The notes beneath the pieces were generated by a model. It was given only the letters and a program-made list of their open reading frames with translations. It was not told the origin of the DNA and did no database searches. This document shows, one piece after another, positions 20,519 to 30,529 of a DNA stretch of 64,000 nucleotides. The stretch comes from Candidatus Helarchaeota archaeon (GTDB lineage Archaea > Asgardarchaeota > Lokiarchaeia > Helarchaeales > RDOG01), in assembly GCA_019058315.1 (NCBI GenBank), contig JAHPZH010000001.1, forward strand, positions 1,105,432 through 1,169,431. Direction: 5' to 3'. Numbering within the stretch: position 1 is the stretch's first letter; every line of letters starts with the position of its first letter. Position numbers and translations under genes: made by a program.

Positions 20519-20688
20519 TTTTGTATATCTCTAACTCTCTCGACTGAATAAAAGTTTGATTTTCTAATTTAAAAATATATGGAAATTGGTAAATTAATAA
20601 ACTTTTTTTATTAAATCTTAATAATCCATTATTTACAAAATTTAATGATAAAGGGAATCCCAAGAGTGATGTAAAAGTCGGAATATAA

Positions 20689-21603
20689 TTAAATTTTTAG
20701 AATATTTTTAGCATTATCTGCAAATAACATATTTTTTTCTTCATTTGTAAAATTCAAAGATGCTACTTTTTGTGCATCTTTAGTAGGATTGCACCATGGG
20801 TAGTCGGAACTCCACATGACACGTTCTACTCCAATATCACGAATTAATTCAATAGCTTGATCATCTTTTAAAATACCCCACATTTTTCCACTCGAAATTG
20901 CTCGTGAGCAATCGAAATATAAATTATTATCAAATTTTTTTGCTAATGCTCGAGATTCTTCATAAAAACCAATACCAAGGTGTGCCAAAACTAGAGTTAA
21001 ATCGTCAAAAGTTTCTAAAACTTCAGTAAAATGTTTTGGTTGAGTGTATTGGATATTATCAGGAGTAAAGAATGCCCCAGAATGGGTGATTATTGGTAGT
21101 TTTAATTCAATTGCCTTTTCATAAACTGGCCACATTCTTTTATCATAAGGAAAAAAACGTCCATTTCCTGGATGCAGTTTTATTCCTTTGACATTTCTAT
21201 TTTTAACTTTATCTAACAATTCAGTTATCATTGCAGAACCGCATAAAGGATCCAAGCTAACATAAGCGATAAGTTGTTCATGCTTATCTGCCATATCACA
21301 AGTCCAATCATTTCTTCTAATATTTCTTCCTGTCATTTTTTCAATTATTTTCTTTTCCTCTTCTTTATTTTCTGCTGGTGTCAAATTCTTAGGTAATTTT
21401 TTTAAGGCTGCGTCAGCCATCTCTCTAACAGGTGTCATATTCACTTGTATCGCTTTGGATATAATATTTCCCATATTTTGAAGTAATTCCTCTATTGTTC
21501 CTGTCATTCCTGATACTCCTGTCCCTTGCATAGCTTGTAATCCAATTTTAGAATTTGGATACGTATGAACATGCATATCAATAATTTCAAATTCTTCAAG
21601 CAT
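20689..21603 (-). CDS. Metal-dependent amidohydrolase (Amidohydro_2 family)
   Basis: IDMHVH, GIKLHP, HSG, LAHLG, WSSDYP, DNAKNIL. Confidence 0.9.
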   Translation of the reverse strand: MLEEFEIIDMHVHTYPNSKIGLQAMQGTGVSGMTGTIEELLQNMGNIISKAIQVNMTPVREMADAALKKLPKNLTPAENKEEEKKIIEKMTGRNIRRNDWTCDMADKHEQLIAYVSLDPLCGSAMITELLDKVKNRNVKGIKLHPGNGRFFPYDKRMWPVYEKAIELKLPIITHSGAFFTPDNIQYTQPKHFTEVLETFDDLTLVLAHLGIGFYEESRALAKKFDNNLYFDCSRAISSGKMWGILKDDQAIELIRDIGVERVMWSSDYPWCNPTKDAQKVASLNFTNEEKNMLFADNAKNILKI

Positions 21604-21687
21604 AAAATCACTAAATAAATTTGATTAAAATCTTATTAAATTGTAAAAAAAAAGTTATTAAATTTATTTTATCAACACTCTATGATA

Positions 21688-22962
21688 TCACTTTAACATC
21701 TCAATAAAGGCTTCAACTCTAGTCCTTATTTGAGCTGAAGCGTAATTTCGAGGATCGACAACATCACCATCAATTTCAAGTATTGGTATTCCAGTTTCTT
21801 CATTAAGTGTGTCTTTAGTTAAAGTGGCTATACTGCAAAAGTTCTTACATCCCCAATGTAAGAAATCAATTGCTGCATCAACATCAAGCAATTTTATGAT
21901 TTCTAGATCCTTATCAATCCTCTTTTGTGCATCTCCGTTGCTGAAAATTGATGTATATTTATTTGCTAGAGCATCAATTATATTTTTACCTTCTGCCACA
22001 TCCCACCATAAGAGAGCGGGCTCTGGAAAAACCACGATACCCCCAATAGACTCAATATGTTTAATTAATTTTAGATCATGCATTGGTGGAAAATGAAGCC
22101 ACAGGATTCGGATCGCATCCTCATTAACCACTCCGATACCATCTTTAATCCTTTGTTCTATTTCACTGCATAATGACTTATAAAAATATTCAGTTCTGCC
22201 CATATCTCCGTAAAAATTTGTAATTGGTGCATAATGTGCAATACTTTCTATTCCACCAATTGGAACTGGTCTAGCTCTTCGTAACTCATATGAACGCCGA
22301 AAACACTTTGATGCTTCATTTGATACTTCAACAATAGCTTCTAGTTTTTCATAATCAAGTTTATTTCCAGTAAACTCTTCTAAAAATTCAATAAGTCTTA
22401 ATAATTCTTCTTTGTAATAATTTATTGCTTCTGGATCATTATTTCTATAAGGAGTTGACATATGATGAACTGGAATTCCTGCAAGGTAACTCGTCACTTC
22501 AAAAGATTTACCTTGAGCATCACATCCAGTGCCAGTTGTTGAAACTAGCATGTCTGCTTGTGGGGAACTATTAAGAAGACTAGAACCAATTAAATGACTG
22601 TCAAAAGAACATGAATCTCTTGATATTCCATAACTCTCTGCCATCTCAAAATCCTTTATAGCAAAACCTAATGTGGAACTTAATGATGCCATTAGTTCGG
22701 GTCCAAATGGGATAATGTCAAAAGCATAAAATATCTCAGTTGGGGCAGGCAAGTTAACCCAAGCTAATAAATTTCCATTTTTTTTTGCATTAAAAGACGA
22801 GTAAAAATGATCGATAAAAAAATTTATTACTTCGGTATTACATTTAAGCTTCTCATCTAAACCAACAAGATTTAAAAGATAACTTGCCATTAATGGTTTC
22901 ATTTTTTGGTCATCTGCTAATTGAATAGCTTTTCTCATTCCTAATTTTGAAATATTAAACAT
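21688..22962 (-). CDS. 2-hydroxyacyl-CoA dehydratase / benzoyl-CoA reductase family subunit (HgdA/BcrB-like)
   Basis: PTEIFYAFDI, GISRDSCSF, GCD, HWGCK, C-terminal DGDVVDPR..AQIRTRVEAFIEML. Confidence 0.88.
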   Translation of the reverse strand: MFNISKLGMRKAIQLADDQKMKPLMASYLLNLVGLDEKLKCNTEVINFFIDHFYSSFNAKKNGNLLAWVNLPAPTEIFYAFDIIPFGPELMASLSSTLGFAIKDFEMAESYGISRDSCSFDSHLIGSSLLNSSPQADMLVSTTGTGCDAQGKSFEVTSYLAGIPVHHMSTPYRNNDPEAINYYKEELLRLIEFLEEFTGNKLDYEKLEAIVEVSNEASKCFRRSYELRRARPVPIGGIESIAHYAPITNFYGDMGRTEYFYKSLCSEIEQRIKDGIGVVNEDAIRILWLHFPPMHDLKLIKHIESIGGIVVFPEPALLWWDVAEGKNIIDALANKYTSIFSNGDAQKRIDKDLEIIKLLDVDAAIDFLHWGCKNFCSIATLTKDTLNEETGIPILEIDGDVVDPRNYASAQIRTRVEAFIEMLK

Positions 22963-22972
22963 TTAATTACCC

Positions 22973-24109
22973 CTATATCATTTCTAAAAATGCTTCAATT
23001 CTTGTTCTTAGCTGCCCAATATCCAATTCTGAATAATCAGTATCTAAACGTAAGAGTGGAATATCCCTCTCTTCAATCTCTTTTTTAAATATTGGATAAT
23101 CATATTGAAAAGTTTCACAGAATTTAAGATTATGATATACGACACCATCAATTCTATATTCCCTAGTTAATTTTAGGACATGGTCTAATCTTTTCTTTAC
23201 TGATTTCATCCTCGGACATGGGATTTGTAGAAAATAACGTTCAGAAATTGCTTCCATAGGACTTTTAGAATTATCCACTAAATCCCAGAAATATCTAGAA
23301 CCAGTACATAGATCGTCTGCAACAATTAATCCACCAAGTTCTTCGATGAGATTTAATACTTTATAATCCCCATCCGCAATAATACTTCCTGTGAATAGAA
23401 TTCTAGGACCTTTTTTTAAACCTTTTGAATTTTTTTCTAATTCATCTTTTAATTTATCAAGAAATTCATTACTAGATTCTCTTTCTAATGTCATTACGGC
23501 TTGAACTATTTTAATCGAGTCTGTACCTGATATTGGTGGCTTATTTGACTTTCTTAACTCATAAATTTGTTTTAATAACGAACGAGTTTTATTATAAATA
23601 TTAATTGAGTTTATTAATTTATCATCAGTTATTTTATTTCCCGAAAATTGTTCTAATGCTTTTTTAAATCGAATTACCTCTTTGTTAAAATAATTTAATG
23701 CTCCACCTTCGAATACCCTTGGAAGATCTAATTGAAAGAAAAATGATTTTTTAACATACTTTTCCCATACATATGGTAGACGGTGTATAGCATCACAAGT
23801 ATGAGTAGATGCAATACCATCAAGAAAATCATATTGTCCATTTAGAGCATATCCTAAGCATGACCTTGCAAATGGGCATAAATTTCTTTGAAGATATGTA
23901 TCGGCAAAAGATGTAGGTTTTTCTTCGCCACCTTTAAATACACGATAAGGAATAATACCAGCAGCGTGTATTAATTCTTCTGGAGTGTAAATACATAGCC
24001 AACCTAGAACCTTTTTTCCTAAAGTTTTTTCTTTTATAATTTCATTAATTCTAGATGATTTTTTATCAAGAATTTTATTGATATAACTAATCAACAAACT
24101 CATTTTCAA
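22973..24109 (-). CDS. 2-hydroxyacyl-CoA dehydratase / benzoyl-CoA reductase family subunit (HgdB/BcrC-like)
   Basis: YTPEELIHAAG, CPFARS, HTCD, DDLCTGSR, KFCE, GQLRTRIEAFLEMI. Confidence 0.9.
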   Translation of the reverse strand: MKMSLLISYINKILDKKSSRINEIIKEKTLGKKVLGWLCIYTPEELIHAAGIIPYRVFKGGEEKPTSFADTYLQRNLCPFARSCLGYALNGQYDFLDGIASTHTCDAIHRLPYVWEKYVKKSFFFQLDLPRVFEGGALNYFNKEVIRFKKALEQFSGNKITDDKLINSINIYNKTRSLLKQIYELRKSNKPPISGTDSIKIVQAVMTLERESSNEFLDKLKDELEKNSKGLKKGPRILFTGSIIADGDYKVLNLIEELGGLIVADDLCTGSRYFWDLVDNSKSPMEAISERYFLQIPCPRMKSVKKRLDHVLKLTREYRIDGVVYHNLKFCETFQYDYPIFKKEIEERDIPLLRLDTDYSELDIGQLRTRIEAFLEMI

Positions 24110-24169
24110 AATCCCTTAGGTTCGCTAAAAAAATTAATTAATTCTTTATTAAAATTAATCAAAATAAAG

Positions 24170-24225
24170 AATTATGACGTAGTACATACATAATAAGTCA
24201 TACGCAAATATTGCTTAATTATGAC
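24170..24225. promoter_or_regulatory. Candidate operator: three TATGAC half-sites (direct-inverted-direct)
   Basis: AATTATGAC 24170-24178, GTCATA 24197-24202, AATTATGAC 24217-24225, upstream of the dehydratase operon. Confidence 0.4.
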
Positions 24226-24319
24226 ATATTATATAACCAAAAAAAATTAAAAAAAGAAAAAATTTAATTAAAAATGAGAATGAATTTACTCGATGTTCAA
24301 TTTCTTTTTTCCTTATGTA

Positions 24320-25993
24320 TTATGAAACTTTTTCTCGTGCCTCTAATATTTGTTCAACTACTTTATCTATTGATTTTTTATTTGTAAATGGACTCATTAT
24401 GAAACTTTTAATTGCACTTATCATCTTTTTTGGTTGATATGTTGTAGATCTATAGGCTTCTGTGATAGATAATGCAACCCCTTCACCTTTATAAGCCTTT
24501 TCAACGGTATAATCAAATATTTTTCGATTATACTTGTTATATTTTTCAACATCTTTTGCATAGCTAGGGTCTTTAAATTCTTTTTGCGTTTGTTCTCGTG
24601 ATTTTATCCCATTTGGATAAACACGGAATAATGTCACAGATCCATAATTGTAATCGTTGAGTACATCGATGAATTCATAACTTTCTAATTTATCTCTTAA
24701 TAATTCTGCCATTTCAACAACATGACCGATTATAACGCGATAGCCTTCTTTTCCCAATAATTTTAAATTAGCCATGCCATTAATTGGACCACTAGCATCT
24801 CTAGAACATTCTAATGTAAATATTCCTGGATGATATTGTCCAGTTTGATATAGATAAGGCATTACACCAGTATCACGTGATATAAGATTTAAATCTTCCC
24901 TATTTTTAATTAAGATTAGACTAGAGATATATGGTGCATATCCAGTTTTGTGAAAATCAATTCCAACACTATCCGCAAGTTTTAGGTTCTCTATTAATTG
25001 TGAAGTAGCAACTAAACTCGCTAAAGTTCTTTCCTTAAAACCAAGAGGATTTGATTCGAAATCATAATCGTTGAATACTGCCCAGATCCAGCCTATCACA
25101 GCATCGGCATGAATGTGTGGTTTATAAGATAGATTATAATCTTTAACCATTTTATCTCGAATTTCTACAATCCCCTCTATATTATCAATTCCAAAGGCAT
25201 CTGTAGTTCCTTCAGTAGCAGTTATACAAGCAATTCTTTGATCTGATTCTATTGCTTCTCTTAACTTTTCATCTAATTTAGCTAGCAACATATCATTATT
25301 TTGAGAGGTTGGAATTATTACTACATTGTCAGTTCCTATGCCTAACCACTGGGAACAACTATATTTTGTATAATGAGCACAATCTGAAGCAAAAATTTTT
25401 ACTTGTTCTTTTGTATTTTGAAGCCCTTTGTTAAAAGTTCCTGGTGCGCATTTTTCAAGCCCGATTTTAATCCCATAGAGATTTGTTCCAGTCCCACCAA
25501 AAGTAAAAACCCCACTGCTTTTATTAGAATCATATCCTATTAGATTACATAACATAGATACTGCTTCAATTTCGGCAAGGGCCAATCTGTGAGAGTATTC
25601 ATCAGATACAATATTTGCATTTGTAATACAACCAGCAATTTTTGCGATAATTCCAGAAATCGGTGGAGGACCTATTACATTCATCATTGCGTTTTGGTGG
25701 CTCCAATTATACATTCCTTTGCAATAATCAATAATTTGATGAATAATAGTTTCAAGATTTGAAATTTTTTCAGGCATCTTTAATTTAAGAGCTTTTTTAT
25801 ATAATTCATCGATATTATCTCTAACTCCTCCAAATATTGGGACTTCACTTTTTAAATCATCGAAATAATCGAGAAAATGGGAAATTGTAAATATAAAATA
25901 GCCGTCCATTATCCTATTACTTGTAGGTGCTTGAAAAAATGTTAAAATTTTATTTAATTTTTCCTCATAAGGTGAGTTTGCCATTTTAATCAA
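24320..25993 (-). CDS. Group II PLP-dependent amino-acid decarboxylase
   Basis: GVFTFGGTGTN, AHY, GTTDAFGID, HIHADA, DSVGIDFHK (PLP-Lys). Confidence 0.9.
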   Translation of the reverse strand: MIKMANSPYEEKLNKILTFFQAPTSNRIMDGYFIFTISHFLDYFDDLKSEVPIFGGVRDNIDELYKKALKLKMPEKISNLETIIHQIIDYCKGMYNWSHQNAMMNVIGPPPISGIIAKIAGCITNANIVSDEYSHRLALAEIEAVSMLCNLIGYDSNKSSGVFTFGGTGTNLYGIKIGLEKCAPGTFNKGLQNTKEQVKIFASDCAHYTKYSCSQWLGIGTDNVVIIPTSQNNDMLLAKLDEKLREAIESDQRIACITATEGTTDAFGIDNIEGIVEIRDKMVKDYNLSYKPHIHADAVIGWIWAVFNDYDFESNPLGFKERTLASLVATSQLIENLKLADSVGIDFHKTGYAPYISSLILIKNREDLNLISRDTGVMPYLYQTGQYHPGIFTLECSRDASGPINGMANLKLLGKEGYRVIIGHVVEMAELLRDKLESYEFIDVLNDYNYGSVTLFRVYPNGIKSREQTQKEFKDPSYAKDVEKYNKYNRKIFDYTVEKAYKGEGVALSITEAYRSTTYQPKKMISAIKSFIMSPFTNKKSIDKVVEQILEAREKVS

Positions 25994-26240
25994 CTTCTAA
26001 TAGATTTAAGCTCTATTTTTGGTAATTTAAATTAAAAATATTACGATATCCATTAATTTGATTATTACATTTAAAAAAATTTTGAATTTTACATGAAATT
26101 TGGAATTTTCATACAATTAATGCAAATTTGATGTAATTAAAAAATTAGAGCAATAATTATCATAAAAGCAATAGAAACTTTTTTTAGATTATTTTCATTT
26201 TGTTGCATAAAATAATAAAATACTAAAATTGGTGATTTAA

Positions 26241-27641
26241 ATGGGTGATACAAATCCTAGAGATGTTGTCGTCATAGATACAGTTCGTACTCCTATGGGT
26301 AAAGCTGGAGGAAGTCTTTCTGATATGGTAACTTCCCAAATGCCTGTAAAGTTGACAGAGGCATTGTTTGAACGGAACCCAGTATTATATGAACATGCAA
26401 GCGAATTTGAGGATGTCATAATCGGTTGTTGTTCTCCTATAGGTGGCGCAGCCTTGGATCTTGGACGAGTTGTATCCTTAGGAGCACAAAAAGTAATAGA
26501 TGGTAAAAAAGTTCCGATTTTTCCAGTAACAGTACCAGGTGTTCATTTGAATAGGCACTGTGCAAGTGGTCAAACTGCTATGCAAGTTGCATCTGCTTTT
26601 ATTTGGTCTAATATGGGCGATCTCTTTATTGCTGGTGGTGTAGAACAGCAGAGTAAATATCCAATCGGTATAGATGCAAATGAATATAAGTCAGTGGAAG
26701 TTCCTAAATATAAAGAATCAAGTGAACATCCAGGACTATATGAAAAAAAGAAAAAAACAACTAAACTATTCAAAAGATTAATGGCTATGCCTTACAAAGG
26801 TGTCATGGAGAATTATCCAACATTTGCATCACAACTAATATCCGCAGATAGAATTGCACAGACTTGGGGATTAACAAGGAAACAGCTTGATGAAATAGGT
26901 TGGTTAAGTCAGAAAAAGGCTACTCTTGCAATGAGAGCAGGAAAATTTAAAGATGAAATCATTCCTCTTCATGTAGATAAGGTAACTTATAGAAAGACTG
27001 GAGAGACAAAAAAGGATTTTATTTATGATTATGATGAAGTCATTAGAACAAATGTTGCCGATTGGCCTGTAGAAACTGCAATTGACAAAATGGGAGAATT
27101 AAAAACAGTTCCTGGTTGTAAATTCATGACTGCTGGGAATTCTTGTCCAACAAATGATGGCTCAAGTCTATTTCTTCTTGCAAGTAGAGAAAAAGCAGAA
27201 GAGTTAGGTTTAAAACCAAGGGCAAAAATCTTATCTTACGGTGTAGTTGGTTCTGATGTTTACCATATGTTGACTGGTCCTGCATATGCTATGGATAAAG
27301 CGATGAAACGAGCAAATTTGACCTTAAAAGACATGGAAATCATGGAAGTAAACGAAGCATTTTCATCTGTTACTATTGCATGCGGAATGATATTAAGTGA
27401 CGAATTAGGATATTCCAAATCTCAGAGCGATTTCTCTGCTGCGGGTGATTTTGCTATTGGTGGAAGAGTTAATCGTAATGGTGGTGCCATAGCTTTAGGC
27501 CATCCTACTGGGGCTTCTGGCGCGAGATTGCCTTGCACTATGCTTTACGAAATGGAAAAAGAAAAATATACTCATGGAATTGCTTCTCTTTGCGTTGGAT
27601 TCGGAATGGGAACTGCTGTTGTACTGGAACGAGAAGAATAA
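26241..27641 (+). CDS. Thiolase (acetyl-CoA C-acyltransferase)
   Basis: RTPMGK, NRHCASG, TAGNS..NDG, NEAFS, GGAIALGHPTGASG, LCVGFGMG. Confidence 0.95.
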   Translation: MGDTNPRDVVVIDTVRTPMGKAGGSLSDMVTSQMPVKLTEALFERNPVLYEHASEFEDVIIGCCSPIGGAALDLGRVVSLGAQKVIDGKKVPIFPVTVPGVHLNRHCASGQTAMQVASAFIWSNMGDLFIAGGVEQQSKYPIGIDANEYKSVEVPKYKESSEHPGLYEKKKKTTKLFKRLMAMPYKGVMENYPTFASQLISADRIAQTWGLTRKQLDEIGWLSQKKATLAMRAGKFKDEIIPLHVDKVTYRKTGETKKDFIYDYDEVIRTNVADWPVETAIDKMGELKTVPGCKFMTAGNSCPTNDGSSLFLLASREKAEELGLKPRAKILSYGVVGSDVYHMLTGPAYAMDKAMKRANLTLKDMEIMEVNEAFSSVTIACGMILSDELGYSKSQSDFSAAGDFAIGGRVNRNGGAIALGHPTGASGARLPCTMLYEMEKEKYTHGIASLCVGFGMGTAVVLEREE

Positions 27642-27740
27642 AAGATTTCTAATATATTTTCCCTTATTTTTTACTATTTTTTTTATAATTTCAAAAAATA
27701 ACATATTATATTTTTATTGAAATTGTTCTTACATTCAAAT

Positions 27741-27917
27741 ATGACTGATATGATTTCTTGTGAATGCTTAAAGTGTCATTATAACTTCGAATTAAAAAGA
27801 GAAACTGTGAACAAATTAATTAATGGAGAATTATCGATCAATTGTCCCGATTGTGGTGTTGATTTGAAGTTTACAGAAATTATTGAAGATAACTTCGCTA
27901 TGGGTTCTCCGATTTGA
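27741..27917 (+). CDS. Small zinc-ribbon protein
   Basis: ATG at 27741; CLKC...CPDCG pair in 58 aa; 20-nt convergent overlap with the next gene. Confidence 0.65.
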   Translation: MTDMISCECLKCHYNFELKRETVNKLINGELSINCPDCGVDLKFTEIIEDNFAMGSPI

Positions 27918-30399
27918 AATCATGTTGAAACCCCTTATTTAATTCTAATTTTTCTTTAAATCCAATTGATTTTCCATTTAGTATTACTTCACATTTATCT
28001 TCGGGTGAATTTCGACCTTTAAATAGAATATATTTTTTTCCAGGGATAATATCAATAAATATTTTAACAGATTGAGGTTCAAACTTAAAGGATTTTATTA
28101 TAATTCCATCAATTCCCCAAACCAATTTTTCTTTAAAATCTATAAATATATCTCCAAAATGCTTTTTTACATAGGCAGTAGCAGATGCAGAAGTTCCAAC
28201 GCCCCAATCGAACATAATATAGCCAGGTACACGTAAATCATTCCCTGAATGACCATAATTTTCTGTAACACACCCTCTATCAACCCCATCAAGAGTTTCA
28301 ATACCTTCTAGATTACCAGGACATTGTTCTTTATATTCTTTCAGTAATTGCATCGCCCAGCACGCTCTTAAGGTAGCAATTCCTCTCTCCATATACTCTT
28401 TTTTCCCTGTTATTAAGTAATATTCCATATAAACTCTAACAAATAGTCCTTGACGGGCATCACTTAATTCAGCATCAGTATTTTGGCAACCAAATCCTCC
28501 AAATGTATTGTAATTAATATACGGTATGTTCCAGACTTGTTGAAATAGAGATAATATGGCAAGAATACGTTCTCCAGATTCTAAATATTTGCTATTTTGA
28601 GTCGCTTGATATAATTCTTTGAATCCTTCAGCACCCCAATAAATACATAGATTATTCATTGCATGACTTTTAGTATAAATATCATAATAATTCATTGGGA
28701 GCTTAGTGCATGAAAAAAATGGTTCATAATCATGCCATTTATCTATAGGGATGATTTCATTTTGAAGATATTGCGCAATTTTTTCTGCAATTGGAATTAT
28801 TCTTTCATTTTTTGAGATTTTATGAAGTTCCATTAAAAACATTAGTGGAGCACCAGAACTAGCCGAATTTATTAATATATCATTGATAATCGGCTTATTA
28901 TCTTCATCGAAACTCAGATAAGTAGGGATTGCTCCATTATCTAACTGGATTTTTTCTAAAAGATTCAATAATTCATTACTTTTTGTCAAGATATCTTCAT
29001 TTTTATCATAATCTTGATAATATTTGAGTGCCCAATACATCGCAAGGCAAGAATCTACAACATGAAATAAATCCGTAAATACAAAAGCTTTTACACCATT
29101 AACAAATGAAACTTCTGTTGAATCAGGAGCTGCTGGTAAAACAACACTAGGGAATAAGCCACTAGATCTGGGAAGGTTTAAAAGTGTATTTAATACTCTA
29201 TTGCCTTTATCAACCAATTTTGAATCATTCCACAGTTTTCCAAAATATTTTAGGGCGTATCCCGTCCTAATATTAAGAAACCACGCATTATTCCAAAGTT
29301 CGGCTGGTCTTTCAATAAGGGCATTATGTCGAGTGAGTCTATCAAACTGTTTGATCCAAAATGGACTATTTGAAAGAGCGAGTACTACTTTACTAAATGA
29401 AGATTCTTGGTCAAATAGCTCATCCTTTACCCTTTTACGATAGTGTCTTTCAAATCTCCTAGTTTTTATGAACTTTACTCGTTGCTTTTTCCCCATCCAT
29501 GATCTATGCCAACTTCCTCCACAATCAACATTATTTAATTTAAAATTTCCCCAAAAATTATGCCTCTCAATTGCTTTAAAGCCTTCATCAGCATTAATAT
29601 CATAAGGCAAAATTTGGGGAGTTAAATCTTGGTATAAAAGATTTTTTCCATATTTATTCCAAAGAAATTCATTAATATATTGTAGAATTTCTGGAACCGA
29701 TGCACTATTAAAGACTTTTATATAGTACCCAAATGATAAATTGGTGTTTGGCTTTATTTTCATTCTTCTTTTACGCTCAAACATGATATGATAAACAGGT
29801 TTATATCTTCCAAACCCATAATAGATCCTAGGTTTGTTACCGTTTTTCTCATATTTTAAATTTAAATTCATAATAGTTTGAAAAGGCCTATTTTTTCCTA
29901 AAATCTCTAAATCTGGTATTAATGCAAATGCTAATTTACCTTTTTTATATATAATGGCAGGGGAGCGAAATACATGATCTGGAATAACATAATTTTTATT
30001 GGGACGTAGATGTGGAACCCATTTAAAATCAGGATTGTCGCCTAACAAAATTGAATAATTCGCAATGAGACTTGATAATTTTAACTTTTTTTTATTTTTT
30101 ATTGTATATTTAAAATGTATAATATCGTTTAATGTTATATCTAAATTGATAAACATTTCTGAGTCATTTAATTCATAAATTAATTTATTTTCACTCCTAT
30201 CCTTAAATGACAGGACTTTTGAATGCCAATTTTTACCTTCACAAAATAACAGGGTTGAGAAGTCAGAAAAACTACTGAGAATCGGAATCCAATCTCTTTT
30301 TTCTCTTATCTCTATTCCCTCTGCAGTTTTTGTGTCATCCTGTCCAATTATTATCCTTACTAATTCATTATTTAGATTATTTTCTTGAATTTTTAACAC
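27898..30399 (-). CDS. Large hypothetical protein, possible (alpha/alpha)6 glycoside hydrolase/phosphorylase-like fold
   Basis: 833 aa; beta-rich N-terminus, then helical hairpin repeats (Y...G/T+..YL..GER; EYYLITGKKEYMERG; QLDNGAIP). Confidence 0.55.
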   Translation of the reverse strand: MLKIQENNLNNELVRIIIGQDDTKTAEGIEIREKRDWIPILSSFSDFSTLLFCEGKNWHSKVLSFKDRSENKLIYELNDSEMFINLDITLNDIIHFKYTIKNKKKLKLSSLIANYSILLGDNPDFKWVPHLRPNKNYVIPDHVFRSPAIIYKKGKLAFALIPDLEILGKNRPFQTIMNLNLKYEKNGNKPRIYYGFGRYKPVYHIMFERKRRMKIKPNTNLSFGYYIKVFNSASVPEILQYINEFLWNKYGKNLLYQDLTPQILPYDINADEGFKAIERHNFWGNFKLNNVDCGGSWHRSWMGKKQRVKFIKTRRFERHYRKRVKDELFDQESSFSKVVLALSNSPFWIKQFDRLTRHNALIERPAELWNNAWFLNIRTGYALKYFGKLWNDSKLVDKGNRVLNTLLNLPRSSGLFPSVVLPAAPDSTEVSFVNGVKAFVFTDLFHVVDSCLAMYWALKYYQDYDKNEDILTKSNELLNLLEKIQLDNGAIPTYLSFDEDNKPIINDILINSASSGAPLMFLMELHKISKNERIIPIAEKIAQYLQNEIIPIDKWHDYEPFFSCTKLPMNYYDIYTKSHAMNNLCIYWGAEGFKELYQATQNSKYLESGERILAILSLFQQVWNIPYINYNTFGGFGCQNTDAELSDARQGLFVRVYMEYYLITGKKEYMERGIATLRACWAMQLLKEYKEQCPGNLEGIETLDGVDRGCVTENYGHSGNDLRVPGYIMFDWGVGTSASATAYVKKHFGDIFIDFKEKLVWGIDGIIIKSFKFEPQSVKIFIDIIPGKKYILFKGRNSPEDKCEVILNGKSIGFKEKLELNKGFQHDFKSENP

Positions 30400-30529
30400 C
30401 TATTGATTTATATAAATTTTAATTCAATTGTATATAGATTCTATAGTTTCACCTTTAACATAAAATTAAATAATAATATTTTTATTAAATTATTAAGTCA
30501 AGTTCTTGGTAAGGGGTTGAAATTCAATA

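Noticed and set aside
26075-26140. Imperfect repeats/palindrome (ATGAAA-N8-TTTCAT) between decarboxylase and thiolase
   Set aside because: Almost pure A/T; not distinguishable from background without statistics.
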